Counted from the stretch's first letter, positions 28,257 through 38,187 are shown. The stretch is 64,000 nt of DNA from an uncultured virus (IMG/VR IMGVR_UViG_3300020056_001325) (IMGVR_UViG_3300020056_001325), one strand, 5' to 3'. The notes: generated by a model from the letters alone, not told the origin. Program-made: numbers and translations.

Positions 28257-28876
28257 TGGAATTTAAAGCAGACTTATGGTTTCCGCAATTTGTGTTTGCC
28301 GGCTATTTAGAAAAGGTAGACAGAAATGCTATGAAACATATTGCACATGACTGGAGAACTAAAGAACCAGACTTGCATGGTAACAGCAATCAAGGTGGGT
28401 GGCACAGTCGTAGTATTGAAAATGTTGATCTAGTAGATCCACAGTACGTTCCAGTACTTAGAAAATTTGTAACAGAATTAGATGAGGCTATGGCGTATGT
28501 ATCTAAAGTCTGCGGATTGCCAGAAGTTGAATTTCAAAACTTTTGGATTAACATTAATGGACCAGGAGCATATCACACTTTACACAATCATCAAGATGCA
28601 TTACTAAGTGGAGTATTCTACATTGATGTACCAGATGAGAATATGGGTGATTTAAGATTTTATCGTCCTGATGATGCACAGTATTATATTCCCGATAATC
28701 TAAGTCAGTATAATACTATCACAAGCACAATGGCAACATATCCGCCTAAACCTGGCATGGTAGCAATATTTCCTGGCTGGGCAAAACATGAAGTAACACA
28801 AAACAAAAGCAACAACGAACGTATTGCAGTATCGTTTAACTACGGAGTTAAAAGTGCGAATCGACCAAGACATTAA
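28256..28876 (+). CDS. putative 2OG-Fe(II) oxygenase
   Basis: SNQGGWHS, WININ, HNH..LSGVFY, IFPGWAKH, RIAVSFN. Confidence 0.85.
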   Translation: MEFKADLWFPQFVFAGYLEKVDRNAMKHIAHDWRTKEPDLHGNSNQGGWHSRSIENVDLVDPQYVPVLRKFVTELDEAMAYVSKVCGLPEVEFQNFWININGPGAYHTLHNHQDALLSGVFYIDVPDENMGDLRFYRPDDAQYYIPDNLSQYNTITSTMATYPPKPGMVAIFPGWAKHEVTQNKSNNERIAVSFNYGVKSANRPRH

Positions 28877-30005
28877 ACTCGACTACAAAGATGTATTACT
28901 ACGTCCTAAACGTTCAACTTTAGGAAGTCGTAAAGAAGTAGATCTTGAAAGAGGATTTACTTGGCGTAACTGGAAGCCACAAGATATGAGCATGGAGCAA
29001 ATCCGACCTGATCATAGACACTGGCGGGGTATTCCTATTATGGCCGCTAACATGGATGGTGTAGGAACATTTGAAGTTGCAGACAAACTTGCTGAAGTAA
29101 AAATGTTTACCTGTCTTAAAAAGACATATAGTGTAAATGATTTAGTATGTTACTTTGATAGTGAATACGATGAACGTACCCAGTATGTAGCAATGAGCAT
29201 TGGTATTACTGATCACGATCATGAAAAGTTTCGTCAAGTATATGAACAAACAGGTGATAAGTTACGTTATGTTTGTATCGATGTTGCTAACGGATATTCA
29301 AATCGTTTCCGTGACTTTGTTGCAGAGTTTAGACGTTTATATCCACATATTGTAATTATTGCAGGTAATGTAGTTACCGGAGAAATGACAGAGGAGTTAA
29401 TTTTAAGTGGAGCGGATATTGTTAAGGTGGGTATTGGTCCCGGGAGCGTGTGTACTACTAGGATTCAAACTGGGGTTGGATTCCCACAACTCTCCGCAGT
29501 CATTGAATGTGCCGACGCCGCACACGGTCTCGGTGGACACATTATTGCCGATGGAGGATGCGTATCGCCTGGAGATGTTGCAAAGGCTTTTGCCGCAGGA
29601 GCAGATTTTGTTATGCTTGGAGGAATGCTCGCCGGGCACGATGAAGGTGGTGGAGAAGTAATTACTAAAATGTATACTACAGATGAAGTTACTTTTGATC
29701 AAGGTGGTATACAAAATAAAATTGAAGAAAAAAAGTTTGTACAATTCTACGGAATGAGTTCGAAGGCCGCGAACGACAAACACTTTGGAGGCCTTAAGGA
29801 GTATAGAAGCAGTGAAGGAAGAGAAATTCTTGTGCCTTACCGAGGAGCAGTGGCTACTACTGTTCAAGATATCTTGGGTGGGTTGCGTTCTGCTTGTACT
29901 TATGCTGGCGCAATAAGACTTAAACATCTAAGTAGATGTGCTACATTTGTACGTTGTACACAAACACACAATACTGTATACGAAAAAAACACAATAGGTA
30001 ACTAG
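28854..30005 (+). CDS. guaC: GMP reductase
   Basis: Start GTG 28854 with SD GGAG giving MRIDQDIKLDYKDVLLRPKRSTL; AANMD, IDVANGY, GIGPGSVCTTR, FYGMSS, YRSSEGR. Confidence 0.93.
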   Translation: MRIDQDIKLDYKDVLLRPKRSTLGSRKEVDLERGFTWRNWKPQDMSMEQIRPDHRHWRGIPIMAANMDGVGTFEVADKLAEVKMFTCLKKTYSVNDLVCYFDSEYDERTQYVAMSIGITDHDHEKFRQVYEQTGDKLRYVCIDVANGYSNRFRDFVAEFRRLYPHIVIIAGNVVTGEMTEELILSGADIVKVGIGPGSVCTTRIQTGVGFPQLSAVIECADAAHGLGGHIIADGGCVSPGDVAKAFAAGADFVMLGGMLAGHDEGGGEVITKMYTTDEVTFDQGGIQNKIEEKKFVQFYGMSSKAANDKHFGGLKEYRSSEGREILVPYRGAVATTVQDILGGLRSACTYAGAIRLKHLSRCATFVRCTQTHNTVYEKNTIGN

Positions 30006-30565
30006 TGCTTGTTAAGAATCTACATGAACCTTTTCATCATAGTATCATCTACGATTTTTACGAACCGTGGGAACTAAAAGAAATCCTTGTAGAGATTAAT
30101 TCACTAGACGCATACTTTAGACCGTCAGCAGAAACTGGCGACCCTAGAGCAAATGATAAAATGTGTGCTATTCACATGGATACACACTATAAAGATAACA
30201 GAGAAAAAAGTTACGTCTTGAACTTTAATAGGAAACTATTTTATTTGCAAGAGCAACTAAAAGACAATCCGTTTGCAGGATACTTACCTTACACTAACCA
30301 TGATGTAACACAGGTAAACTATTATGGAAACGGAGCAGTATATGATCATCATGCTGATCATGGCACATTATCTGCCGTGACAGTTTTATGGAAAGAACCA
30401 AAAGCATTTGAAGGTGGAGATTTAGAGTTTACAGACTTTGGATATAAGCCTACATTAAAAAATAATACAACTATATTATTTCCAAGTTTTTTACAACATA
30501 GTGTATCTAGGTGTATAGGAAGTGGTAGATATAGTATCAATCAGTTTTATTTTATAAATCGGTAA
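30005..30565 (+). CDS. 2OG-Fe(II) oxygenase (prolyl hydroxylase-like)
   Basis: HAD, FEGGDL, FPSFLQHSV, RYSI. Confidence 0.8.
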   Translation: MLVKNLHEPFHHSIIYDFYEPWELKEILVEINSLDAYFRPSAETGDPRANDKMCAIHMDTHYKDNREKSYVLNFNRKLFYLQEQLKDNPFAGYLPYTNHDVTQVNYYGNGAVYDHHADHGTLSAVTVLWKEPKAFEGGDLEFTDFGYKPTLKNNTTILFPSFLQHSVSRCIGSGRYSINQFYFINR

Positions 30566-30573
30566 CATTTAGA

Positions 30574-30602
30574 CTTGAAAAATAGTCGATTTAACACTAT
30601 AT
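30574..30602 (+). promoter_or_regulatory. possible RpoH (sigma32)-type promoter upstream of dnaK
   Basis: CTTGAAA at 30574 and ACTATAT ending at 30602 resemble the alphaproteobacterial CTTG-N17/18-CYTATNT consensus. Confidence 0.45.
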
Positions 30603-30631
30603 ATACTATATAAGTGATAAATACTTATATG

Positions 30632-30689
30632 TTACAAAATGCTGAATAGGTTTTGTAATTAAAACTTGCTTAATAAGGAGAAAAAAATG
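30632..30689 (+). promoter_or_regulatory. ROSE-like RNA thermometer in the dnaK leader
   Basis: Hairpin TTACAAAA/TTTTGTAA, then CTTGCTT-AAT-AAGGAG pairing the SD with a bulged G. Confidence 0.7.
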
Positions 30690-32579
30690 GCTAATAAAGT
30701 TATTGGTATCGATTTGGGTACCACAAATTCATGTGTTGCTATACTAAGCGGCAAAGATCCCCAAGTAATTGAAAACGTAGAAGGTAATAGAACTACACCT
30801 AGTATTGTAGCCTATACTGACGATGGTACACTTGTAGGTGTATCAGCAAAGCGTCAAGCAGTTACTAACGCAGAGAACACAATCTATGCGTCAAAGCGTC
30901 TAATTGGACGTAAGTTTAAATCAAAAGAAATCACACGTGATGCTAAAACGCTTCCATACAAAATTGTAGAAGCAAAGAACGGTGATGCGTGGGTAGAAAC
31001 AAAAGGTAAAGAACTTTCCCCACAACAAGTATCAGCAGAAGTATTAACCAAGATGAAAGAAACTGCTGAAAAGTATACAGGCTCAACTGTAACACAAGCA
31101 GTTATTACAGTACCAGCATACTTTAACGATGCACAACGTCAAGCAACTAAAGATGCAGGTAAAATTGCAGGACTAGAAGTTTTACGTATTGTAAATGAAC
31201 CAACAGCGGCGGCACTTGCTTACGGACTAGATAAAAAAGAGTCAGGCAAGATTGTTGTGTATGACTTAGGTGGTGGTACATTTGACGTATCAGTACTTGA
31301 CCTCGGTGACGGAGTATTTGAAGTACTTTCAACAAACGGTGACACAGCATTAGGTGGTGAAGACTTTGATGCTGTTCTTACACAATACATTGTAGACGAG
31401 TTTAAGAAAGAGTCTGGTGTAGATATTTCAACAGACAAACTAGCACTACAACGTGTACGTGAAGCGGCTGAAAAAACAAAGATTGAATTGTCAAGCACAA
31501 CACAAACTGACATCAGTCTACCATTTATTACAGCAGATGCTTCTGGACCTAAGCACTTGAATTTAAAAATTACTCGTGCTAAGTTTGAAAGTCTTGTAGA
31601 CGAACTAATCCAACGTTCAATTAAACCTTGTGAAACTGCTCTTAAAGACGCAGGTGTAAGCAAAGGTGATATTACAGACGTTGTACTAGTAGGTGGTATG
31701 ACACGTATGCCTAAGGTACAAGAAACTGTTAAAACATTCTTTGGTAAAGATCCAAACAAAGGTGTTAACCCAGATGAAGTTGTAGCACTAGGTGCCGCAA
31801 TTCAAGCAGGTGTATTAAGTGGTGATGTTAAAGATGTATTGCTACTTGACGTTACTCCGCTTTCATTGGGTATTGAAACACTAGGCGGTGTTACTACTAA
31901 ACTAATTGAAAAGAATACAACAATCCCAACTAAACAATCACAAGTGTTTAGTACTGCGGAAGATAATCAATCAGCAGTTACTATTAAGGTATTACAAGGT
32001 GAGCGTGAAATGGCTGTAGATAATAAAGAACTTGGTCTCTTTAATCTAGAAGGTATTGCACCAGCACCAAAAGGTATGCCTCAAATTGAAGTAACATTTG
32101 ATATTGACGCAAACGGTATTGTTAACGTATCAGCAAAAGATAAAGGCACAGGCAAAGAACAAACAATCTCTATTAAATCAGACGGCGGTTTGAGTGATGC
32201 AGAAATTGAACAAATGGTCAAAGATGCAGAAGCAAATAAAGAGGCTGACAAACAAAAGAGAGAAGCCGTAGATGCTAGAAACAATGCTGACGGTCTTGTA
32301 CACTCAGTTGAATCACAGTTAAAAGAACACGGTGATAAAGTATCGGAAGATATTAAAACATCAATTGAAGATGCTAAGACTAACTTACAAGAAGCACTTA
32401 AAGGTGACAATGTTGAAGATATTAAATCTAAAACAGAAGCACTATCACAAGTGGCAATGAAGTTAGGTGAAGCAGTTTACAAGGCACAACAAGAATCTAA
32501 CACTTCAGAAGAAGCAGAAACAACATCTAAGAAAGATGAAAACGTTGTAGACGCCGAGTTTGAAGAGGTAGATAAATAA
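30687..32579 (+). CDS. dnaK: molecular chaperone DnaK (Hsp70)
   Basis: [41 protein letters not shown]-terminal VDAEFEEV; start ATG 30687 after SD. Confidence 0.98.
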   Translation: MANKVIGIDLGTTNSCVAILSGKDPQVIENVEGNRTTPSIVAYTDDGTLVGVSAKRQAVTNAENTIYASKRLIGRKFKSKEITRDAKTLPYKIVEAKNGDAWVETKGKELSPQQVSAEVLTKMKETAEKYTGSTVTQAVITVPAYFNDAQRQATKDAGKIAGLEVLRIVNEPTAAALAYGLDKKESGKIVVYDLGGGTFDVSVLDLGDGVFEVLSTNGDTALGGEDFDAVLTQYIVDEFKKESGVDISTDKLALQRVREAAEKTKIELSSTTQTDISLPFITADASGPKHLNLKITRAKFESLVDELIQRSIKPCETALKDAGVSKGDITDVVLVGGMTRMPKVQETVKTFFGKDPNKGVNPDEVVALGAAIQAGVLSGDVKDVLLLDVTPLSLGIETLGGVTTKLIEKNTTIPTKQSQVFSTAEDNQSAVTIKVLQGEREMAVDNKELGLFNLEGIAPAPKGMPQIEVTFDIDANGIVNVSAKDKGTGKEQTISIKSDGGLSDAEIEQMVKDAEANKEADKQKREAVDARNNADGLVHSVESQLKEHGDKVSEDIKTSIEDAKTNLQEALKGDNVEDIKSKTEALSQVAMKLGEAVYKAQQESNTSEEAETTSKKDENVVDAEFEEVDK

Positions 32580-32582
32580 GAT

Positions 32583-32643
32583 TGTAAGATGCTTGATAGG
32601 TCTTACATGACAAACAACTTGCTTAATAAGGAGAAAACAAATG
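32583..32643 (+). promoter_or_regulatory. ROSE-like RNA thermometer in the sHsp leader
   Basis: Hairpin TGTAAGA/TCTTACA, then an identical CTTGCTT-AAT-AAGGAG anti-SD hairpin. Confidence 0.75.
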
Positions 32644-33090
32644 ACAAACAAATCACTATCAATCTTTAACCAACTAAGACCCGTATCAGTAGGGTTCGAT
32701 CCTATCTTTGATAGATTCGAAAGAATGATTGAAGACGACTTCTTCAATGCACCTACTTTTAACACTAACTATCCGCCATACAATATTGTAAAAACAGGCG
32801 ACTATACTTACGATATTGAATTAGCACTTGCTGGTTTTGGCAAAAAGGATATTGACGTATCATACGAAGACGGTGTGGTAACTGTTAAATCAATCCAAGA
32901 GTCAAAAACTGACGATGAAGCGGATGGTGTACAATACAGAGGTATTAGTAAAAGGCACTTTACTAAATCATTTACTATTGCAGACGATGTAGTAGTACAA
33001 GGTGCTGAACTAAAAGATGGCTTGCTTAGAATTGCTTTGGAAAGAATTATTCCAGAGGCTAAAAAAGCAAGATCAATCGAAGTTAAGTAA
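32641..33090 (+). CDS. small heat-shock protein (Hsp20/IbpA family)
   Basis: VGFD..FD, NYPPYNI, ELALAGF, YRGISKRHF, AELKDGLLRI, C-terminal IEV. Confidence 0.95.
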   Translation: MTNKSLSIFNQLRPVSVGFDPIFDRFERMIEDDFFNAPTFNTNYPPYNIVKTGDYTYDIELALAGFGKKDIDVSYEDGVVTVKSIQESKTDDEADGVQYRGISKRHFTKSFTIADDVVVQGAELKDGLLRIALERIIPEAKKARSIEVK

Positions 33091-33105
33091 TACACTTAAA
33101 AGGTC

Positions 33106-33131
33106 GGTAGTGGGGAGCAATCCCCACTATC
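33106..33131 (+). terminator. stable hairpin (GNRA loop), terminator or processing element
   Basis: GGTAGTGGGGA-GCAA-TCCCCACTATC; weak U tail. Confidence 0.6.
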
Positions 33132-33157
33132 ATTATTTACTGGTAGGAGATCATACA

Positions 33158-33466
33158 ATGATAAGTAATAATATGGATGTACAAATTGACGAAAAGATTA
33201 AGATAAAAATTGCTGAGCCCGAAAGGTACTCAGTTATTTTTATTAATGATGACCAAACACCAATGGATTTCGTGATCGATGTGCTAGTAACTACTTTTAA
33301 GCATTCTGTTGACACAGCAAAAAATCTAACTCTACAAATTCATGAAGATGGAAGTGCAGTAGTTGGCGTTTACGCATTTGAAATTGCAGAACAAAAAAGC
33401 GTAGAAGCAACCACTTTGAGCAGAGCAAACGGATTCCCATTGCAGATCAAAGTGGAAAAAGAATGA
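33158..33466 (+). CDS. clpS: ATP-dependent Clp protease adaptor ClpS
   Basis: YSVIFINDDQTPMDFV..IHEDGSAVVGVY.FEIAEQK..GFPLQ; SD AGGAG before ATG 33158. Confidence 0.93.
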   Translation: MISNNMDVQIDEKIKIKIAEPERYSVIFINDDQTPMDFVIDVLVTTFKHSVDTAKNLTLQIHEDGSAVVGVYAFEIAEQKSVEATTLSRANGFPLQIKVEKE

Positions 33467-34002
33467 ACTTAAAAGAAGCAACGTGGGAACACCATAAGAA
33501 CGCAGAACGCCAAGCATTTGTAAAAGTTTTAATGTCAGGTAAAATTGACAAAGAACTTTATGCAACATTTTTATATAATCAACATATTCAATACAATATT
33601 TTAGAAGCAATAGCAATGACACATGGCTTATTGCCTCATCCTGCTATTAGACGTTCCCCGAGCATACTAGATGATTTTAAAGAGTTATGGCCTAAACAAG
33701 AAATGCCTAAAACTTTAAAAGTAACAGAAAAGTATCTAGAACATATGAGAACAATTATGGGAGATCCAGATAAAGTCATGGCTCACGTATATGTTAGACA
33801 CATGGGTGACCTAAGCGGTGGACAAATGATTAAAAAGAAAATTCCAGGAGAAGGAAGATTGTATCAATTTGATGCTCCTGTTGACGAACTGAAAACAGCC
33901 ATAAGAGAACAGTTGAACGATGATATGGCTGAAGAAGCAAAGATATGTTTTGACTTTGCTACAGAAACATTCAAAGAAATGATGGAGGTCGATAATGACT
34001 GA
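33463..34002 (+). CDS. heme oxygenase (biliverdin-producing)
   Basis: LKEATWEHHKNAE (proximal His), AHVYVRHMGDLSGGQ. Confidence 0.92.
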   Translation: MNLKEATWEHHKNAERQAFVKVLMSGKIDKELYATFLYNQHIQYNILEAIAMTHGLLPHPAIRRSPSILDDFKELWPKQEMPKTLKVTEKYLEHMRTIMGDPDKVMAHVYVRHMGDLSGGQMIKKKIPGEGRLYQFDAPVDELKTAIREQLNDDMAEEAKICFDFATETFKEMMEVDND

Positions 34003-35515
34003 AGTAGTAGGTCGTAGCCGTGCTAGGTCCATTTGTATTGTAGGTGGAGGAAGTGCTGGTTGGCTTACGGCCGCTTATGCATTATCAAACTTACCCGAAA
34101 CACAAATCACACTTATTGAAAGTCCTAATGTTCCTATTGTTGGCGTAGGTGAAGCAACTATTTTAGGGTTTGATCATTTTTTAGACGATTGTAATATTCC
34201 TAGAGAACTATGGACAAAGGCTTGTGACGCAACTATTAAAACAGGGACTTACTTTCCAAACTGGAAGGGCGACGGCATTAACATTTGGCAACCATTCTTT
34301 TTTCCTGTAACACATACAGAACACGGAACACTTGATAGCATTGACCTTGCTCGTGACGGCGGCATTAATGAGGTTGAATTAGAAAAATATATTGCTTGGC
34401 ATAAAGTTTCTGTTGTAGATAAAAAGATTCCAAATAACACAACACCTTGCGGTGGTACTGCTCATGTAGGATATCATTTAGATGCTGTTAAACTAGCAAA
34501 CTTCTTATCTGATTATCTTAATAAGAAGTATCCAAGACTAACACATATTCAAAAACACATTGATGCTCCAAAGGTTACTGATGGTGTTATTGAATATGTA
34601 ACATTAGATGACGGTACAAAAGTTACAGCAGATTTTTTTGTAGACTGTACTGGCTTTAAACGTTTACTTTCAAATGCATTGCCCGACAGTAAATGGATTG
34701 ACAGAAGTCATATGCTGTTTACTAATGCCGCAGTAGCAAGTCAAATAGATTACGAAACAGAAGATGAAGTACAACTTCCATACGTTACTGCACAGGCGTG
34801 TGACCTAGGTTGGATTTGGAAAACACCTGTTAAAGATCGTATTGGTAGTGGACTATGTTACAACAGTGAACTTACCACTAAACAAGAAGCAGAAGATTTC
34901 TTTGTACAGCATTGGGGTGAACACAGACTAAGAACAGGACAGTTTAATCATGTTCCTTTCAAGCCAGAATATAATGCAAACAACTGGAGAGGCAACTGTT
35001 TTAGTGTAGGACTTGCTAGTGGATTTATTGAACCGTTAGAATCAACAGGACTTGCATTACTTACAATTGGTGCTAGTGGCCTAAAAGTTTTAGAAAAACT
35101 AAGTTATACTGAAGAAGATAGATTAAAGTTTAACGAAGATATGACAGCAGTCTATGAAGATACTATGAACTTTGTAGCACTACATTATTTTAATAATCCA
35201 CGTAAAGGTAAGTTTTGGGAACACGTTTATAAAAACTTTAAGGAAACAGATAAACTTACAGAGATTGCAACAAACTTTAAACATAACTATACACCTACAG
35301 TTATGTGGGACGATGACTATCAGTTTTTCCCCCGTAATACAGAAATCTTTGCTGAGATGAATTGGAAACTATGGCTTAACACAACAGGAATTAAAACAGC
35401 ATCACCAGGATTAGAAAAAGACAAAGCCATGGAACTTTTAGAAAAGATGAACAAAGACGATGTTGATTGGACAACACCTGGTATGTATAATAGAGATTGG
35501 GGAAACAGATCATGA
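33995..35515 (+). CDS. flavin-dependent (tryptophan) halogenase family protein
   Basis: GGGSAG, GVGEAT, ATIK (catalytic Lys position), FVDCTGF, GWIWKTP, GFIEPLESTG. Confidence 0.9.
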   Translation: MTEVVGRSRARSICIVGGGSAGWLTAAYALSNLPETQITLIESPNVPIVGVGEATILGFDHFLDDCNIPRELWTKACDATIKTGTYFPNWKGDGINIWQPFFFPVTHTEHGTLDSIDLARDGGINEVELEKYIAWHKVSVVDKKIPNNTTPCGGTAHVGYHLDAVKLANFLSDYLNKKYPRLTHIQKHIDAPKVTDGVIEYVTLDDGTKVTADFFVDCTGFKRLLSNALPDSKWIDRSHMLFTNAAVASQIDYETEDEVQLPYVTAQACDLGWIWKTPVKDRIGSGLCYNSELTTKQEAEDFFVQHWGEHRLRTGQFNHVPFKPEYNANNWRGNCFSVGLASGFIEPLESTGLALLTIGASGLKVLEKLSYTEEDRLKFNEDMTAVYEDTMNFVALHYFNNPRKGKFWEHVYKNFKETDKLTEIATNFKHNYTPTVMWDDDYQFFPRNTEIFAEMNWKLWLNTTGIKTASPGLEKDKAMELLEKMNKDDVDWTTPGMYNRDWGNRS

Positions 35516-36207
35516 GTGTCATTTGGGATAAACTAATTGAATGCCAAAATGAAATATTAAACATCTTTGATGAGAAAGCCACTGAAATAGAAGAAAAAGG
35601 ATTAAACAAATTTAATCAGCCTGAGAACGGTTGGATCAACAGAGTATGGGCAAATGATCATGTACGCAGAGCACACATTGATGTTGTAGACGCAAGAGAC
35701 TCGCACGGACTGTGGATGATGCACGTATGTTGTTTTCCTGTGTTATCAAATGATGGTCCTATTTACGGCTTTGATGTTATTGCAGGTAAGAATAAAATGA
35801 CAGGTGCATTTCATGATTTTTCAGCAAGTTCAGGCGGTGAAGAACATCCTCTTGTAGAATGGTACTTAGATGCTGTTAAAGATTTTATTCCTAGTAAACA
35901 ACGTGAACTACCCGAATGGGCACAGAACATCTTTTCACCAGGAATGGTTGCCGCAGGTAATGTTCGCACAGAAGAAGAAGCAACTGCTATTGTAGATCTT
36001 GCTTTAGAAAACCTGCGTGTATGGTTTGATAGTGTTCCTGAGTATACAGGCAATGCTAGTGTAGATATTACAGCAGGTGCTCAAAACTACTACTGCCATA
36101 ACCAGCAACAAAATCCACATACACCTAGAGTTATGAAGTCATTAGGACTTAATGAAGCAGATGTTGACGAATTCTGCACTAACGCATTATTTCCAAAAAT
36201 AGCATAA
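35512..36207 (+). CDS. ferredoxin-dependent bilin reductase (PcyA/PcyX-like)
   Basis: RRAHIDVVD, MHVCCFP, PIYGFDVI, HDFS, RELPEWA..IFS, QNYYCHNQQQNPHT; ATGA overlap at 35512. Confidence 0.88.
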   Translation: MSVIWDKLIECQNEILNIFDEKATEIEEKGLNKFNQPENGWINRVWANDHVRRAHIDVVDARDSHGLWMMHVCCFPVLSNDGPIYGFDVIAGKNKMTGAFHDFSASSGGEEHPLVEWYLDAVKDFIPSKQRELPEWAQNIFSPGMVAAGNVRTEEEATAIVDLALENLRVWFDSVPEYTGNASVDITAGAQNYYCHNQQQNPHTPRVMKSLGLNEADVDEFCTNALFPKIA

Positions 36208-36218
36208 ATACTAGTGCT

Positions 36219-37586
36219 ATGAGGTTTTTCGAATTTAAACAAACACAAGTAATAGAGTCTAAAGGCATTTTCGGGCGTAAACCTGGAGAGCCATATATCC
36301 ACGACAATGGCGAAAAGGCAGAGTTCGTACAAGCGATTGCAATTCCAGATCTTTCACAAGGTGGTAAATTTGCTACAGCAGAAGAACGTGACGAAGCCAT
36401 TGCAGAGTTTGAAAAAAATAACAATGCTAAAATTGAATGGGTTAATACTGCTAACGCAGGAACACTAGCATTTGGTATTGCACAGATTAGAACTAGCGAT
36501 GGTAAAGACATTTACTGGGGTAGATATCTTAGACAAGTAGGTGCAGACCTAATGGGTGTTTGGGGTAACAGTCAAATTCCATCAGGTTGGAAATTAGGTA
36601 CCAAGGGTGCGTTAAAGATTGATACTGGTTTAGATCCACAAACACTAATTAAATCTCAAAACAAATTTAAAGGTCCAGAACAGATTATTCAAACTGTAAG
36701 AACTAATGCTGGCCAGGAAGGTGAAGTTCTTGTAACTGCACTTGAATCAGCATCTAATGGACAAATGCCTGAGTTCCCAGGGCAGATTGAAAAACTAGAA
36801 TCTATTAGAGATTACTTTGGTGAAATTATGGGTCCGGTTGCTATGATGGGTGGCCTTGTACAAGGTGACGCCGAACAGGCAAGACAAGAGTTAGCCGGTG
36901 GCGCTAACTGGAAAGACCTTAATATCTTTTGGCCTATGGCAATGAACTACAACTTAGTCGATAGCGTGTTCCTTGCTCCAGACGGCAAAGAGATTGGTAT
37001 TAGTTCTAAAGGTGGCGCTGGTGCATCTGCTAGTGCAAAGAACTTGTATGACTCTTTACAAAAGAACAAAGACAATGCCGAACTAATGTCAAATACAAAG
37101 TTTGTTGCAGACATAGTTACAACTATTGCAACTAAGAGTGCAAAAGAAGCACCTTTTGATTTAGGCGAAAAGTTTCAGTTATCAACTCCTGCACTAAGAA
37201 AAGAAGCAGACGAGTATATGAAGCAAGGTAAACAAGACTTTGAAAACATGAGTGACGAAGCAACTAAAATGGTTGAAGGTGTTAACTTTGATATGACTGT
37301 TCAAGGGTTTAATACCGGATATGCTATCACAAGTGCGTTGGCTAAAAAGGTTGCACTCAAGGTAAACGAAAATCCAAAATTTTCTACAGAAGCAATTTCA
37401 TTATTAAACACAGCAAGTATTATACAACTTTATACCAAAGTTGGTAAGAAGGGTGACGACATTCGTGTAACTGGCTTCCAGGCTGTTTACCCTCCAAACT
37501 TCCAAGGTACTGTTGCACTAGATGGTTCTAAGAATTATTATAGTTCACGTATTGGCGGTAAGTTTGCGTTTAAATTTGTGAAGTAG
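36219..37586 (+). CDS. hypothetical protein, probably virion-associated; possible PD-(D/E)XK-like motif
   Basis: TAAATA upstream; MRFFEFK N-terminus; LVDS...IGISSKG. Confidence 0.7.
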   Translation: MRFFEFKQTQVIESKGIFGRKPGEPYIHDNGEKAEFVQAIAIPDLSQGGKFATAEERDEAIAEFEKNNNAKIEWVNTANAGTLAFGIAQIRTSDGKDIYWGRYLRQVGADLMGVWGNSQIPSGWKLGTKGALKIDTGLDPQTLIKSQNKFKGPEQIIQTVRTNAGQEGEVLVTALESASNGQMPEFPGQIEKLESIRDYFGEIMGPVAMMGGLVQGDAEQARQELAGGANWKDLNIFWPMAMNYNLVDSVFLAPDGKEIGISSKGGAGASASAKNLYDSLQKNKDNAELMSNTKFVADIVTTIATKSAKEAPFDLGEKFQLSTPALRKEADEYMKQGKQDFENMSDEATKMVEGVNFDMTVQGFNTGYAITSALAKKVALKVNENPKFSTEAISLLNTASIIQLYTKVGKKGDDIRVTGFQAVYPPNFQGTVALDGSKNYYSSRIGGKFAFKFVK

Positions 37587-37932
37587 CAATCAACACAATT
37601 ATATAGTATCCAGTAAAGTGTAGTATTTGATCTACAGCATTCAAAATCCAAAACTGTCTGTCTTTGCTAGTCCATTCAAAATAATTACGTATTTTAGTCT
37701 TAGTAAAGTCTGTATGCCAGTGTAGTATATAATCTAGTATTCCCAACGCTACAGCGACGTTTATGTGCGTGTAAGACGCCATTACAAGCACGGTTAAGAG
37801 TCCGTGTGGGACATAATGTTGTTTGTGAGCGGGCCAACCAAAATAATATTTTTTGGAACTACCGAGACCAAATGGTTGAAAACCAAGGTCAACAATAGCG
37901 TGTTTTATCATTAAAAATAGGAAAATTTCCAC
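37570..37932 (-). CDS. DUF3307-like membrane protein
   Basis: KHAIVD..Q, H..HG, HWHTDFTK, DQILH. Confidence 0.75.
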   Translation of the reverse strand: MEIFLFLMIKHAIVDLGFQPFGLGSSKKYYFGWPAHKQHYVPHGLLTVLVMASYTHINVAVALGILDYILHWHTDFTKTKIRNYFEWTSKDRQFWILNAVDQILHFTGYYIIVLIATSQI

Positions 37933-37961
37933 TTGACTTTTGCCTTTCGTTCTGTTAAACT
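37933..37961 (+). promoter_or_regulatory. sigma70-type promoter
   Basis: TTGACT-N17-TAAACT. Confidence 0.65.
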
Positions 37962-37990
37962 ATTTATAGTTTAAAAATAAGGAGGGATCA

Positions 37991-38185
37991 ATGCTTCATA
38001 AAATTAGCCAAATGTGCGACAAGATTGATGGTATTAAAAAAGATGCCGACAGATTAAGAGAACTAAAATATGGTGCAGTCAAGGGTTCAAATTTAGAAAT
38101 TGATAATCTAATTGCACAGATACAAGCCGATTGTTATCTGGTTTCACAAGACAGAAGTGCATACACTAAACAAGAGGAAAAGTAA
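37991..38185 (+). CDS. hypothetical protein
   Basis: SD AAGGAGG. Confidence 0.75.
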   Translation: MLHKISQMCDKIDGIKKDADRLRELKYGAVKGSNLEIDNLIAQIQADCYLVSQDRSAYTKQEEK

Positions 38186-38187
38186 TA

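Noticed and set aside
29403..29927. 174-aa minus ORF and 84-aa alternate-frame ORF within guaC
   Set aside because: Shadows of a conserved gene; no SD or recognisable motifs
30540..30690. CIRCE operator upstream of dnaK
   Set aside because: No TTAGCACTC-N9-GAGTGCTAA present
31220..32410. Long antisense ORFs within dnaK
   Set aside because: Antisense open frames are expected from codon bias in Hsp70 genes
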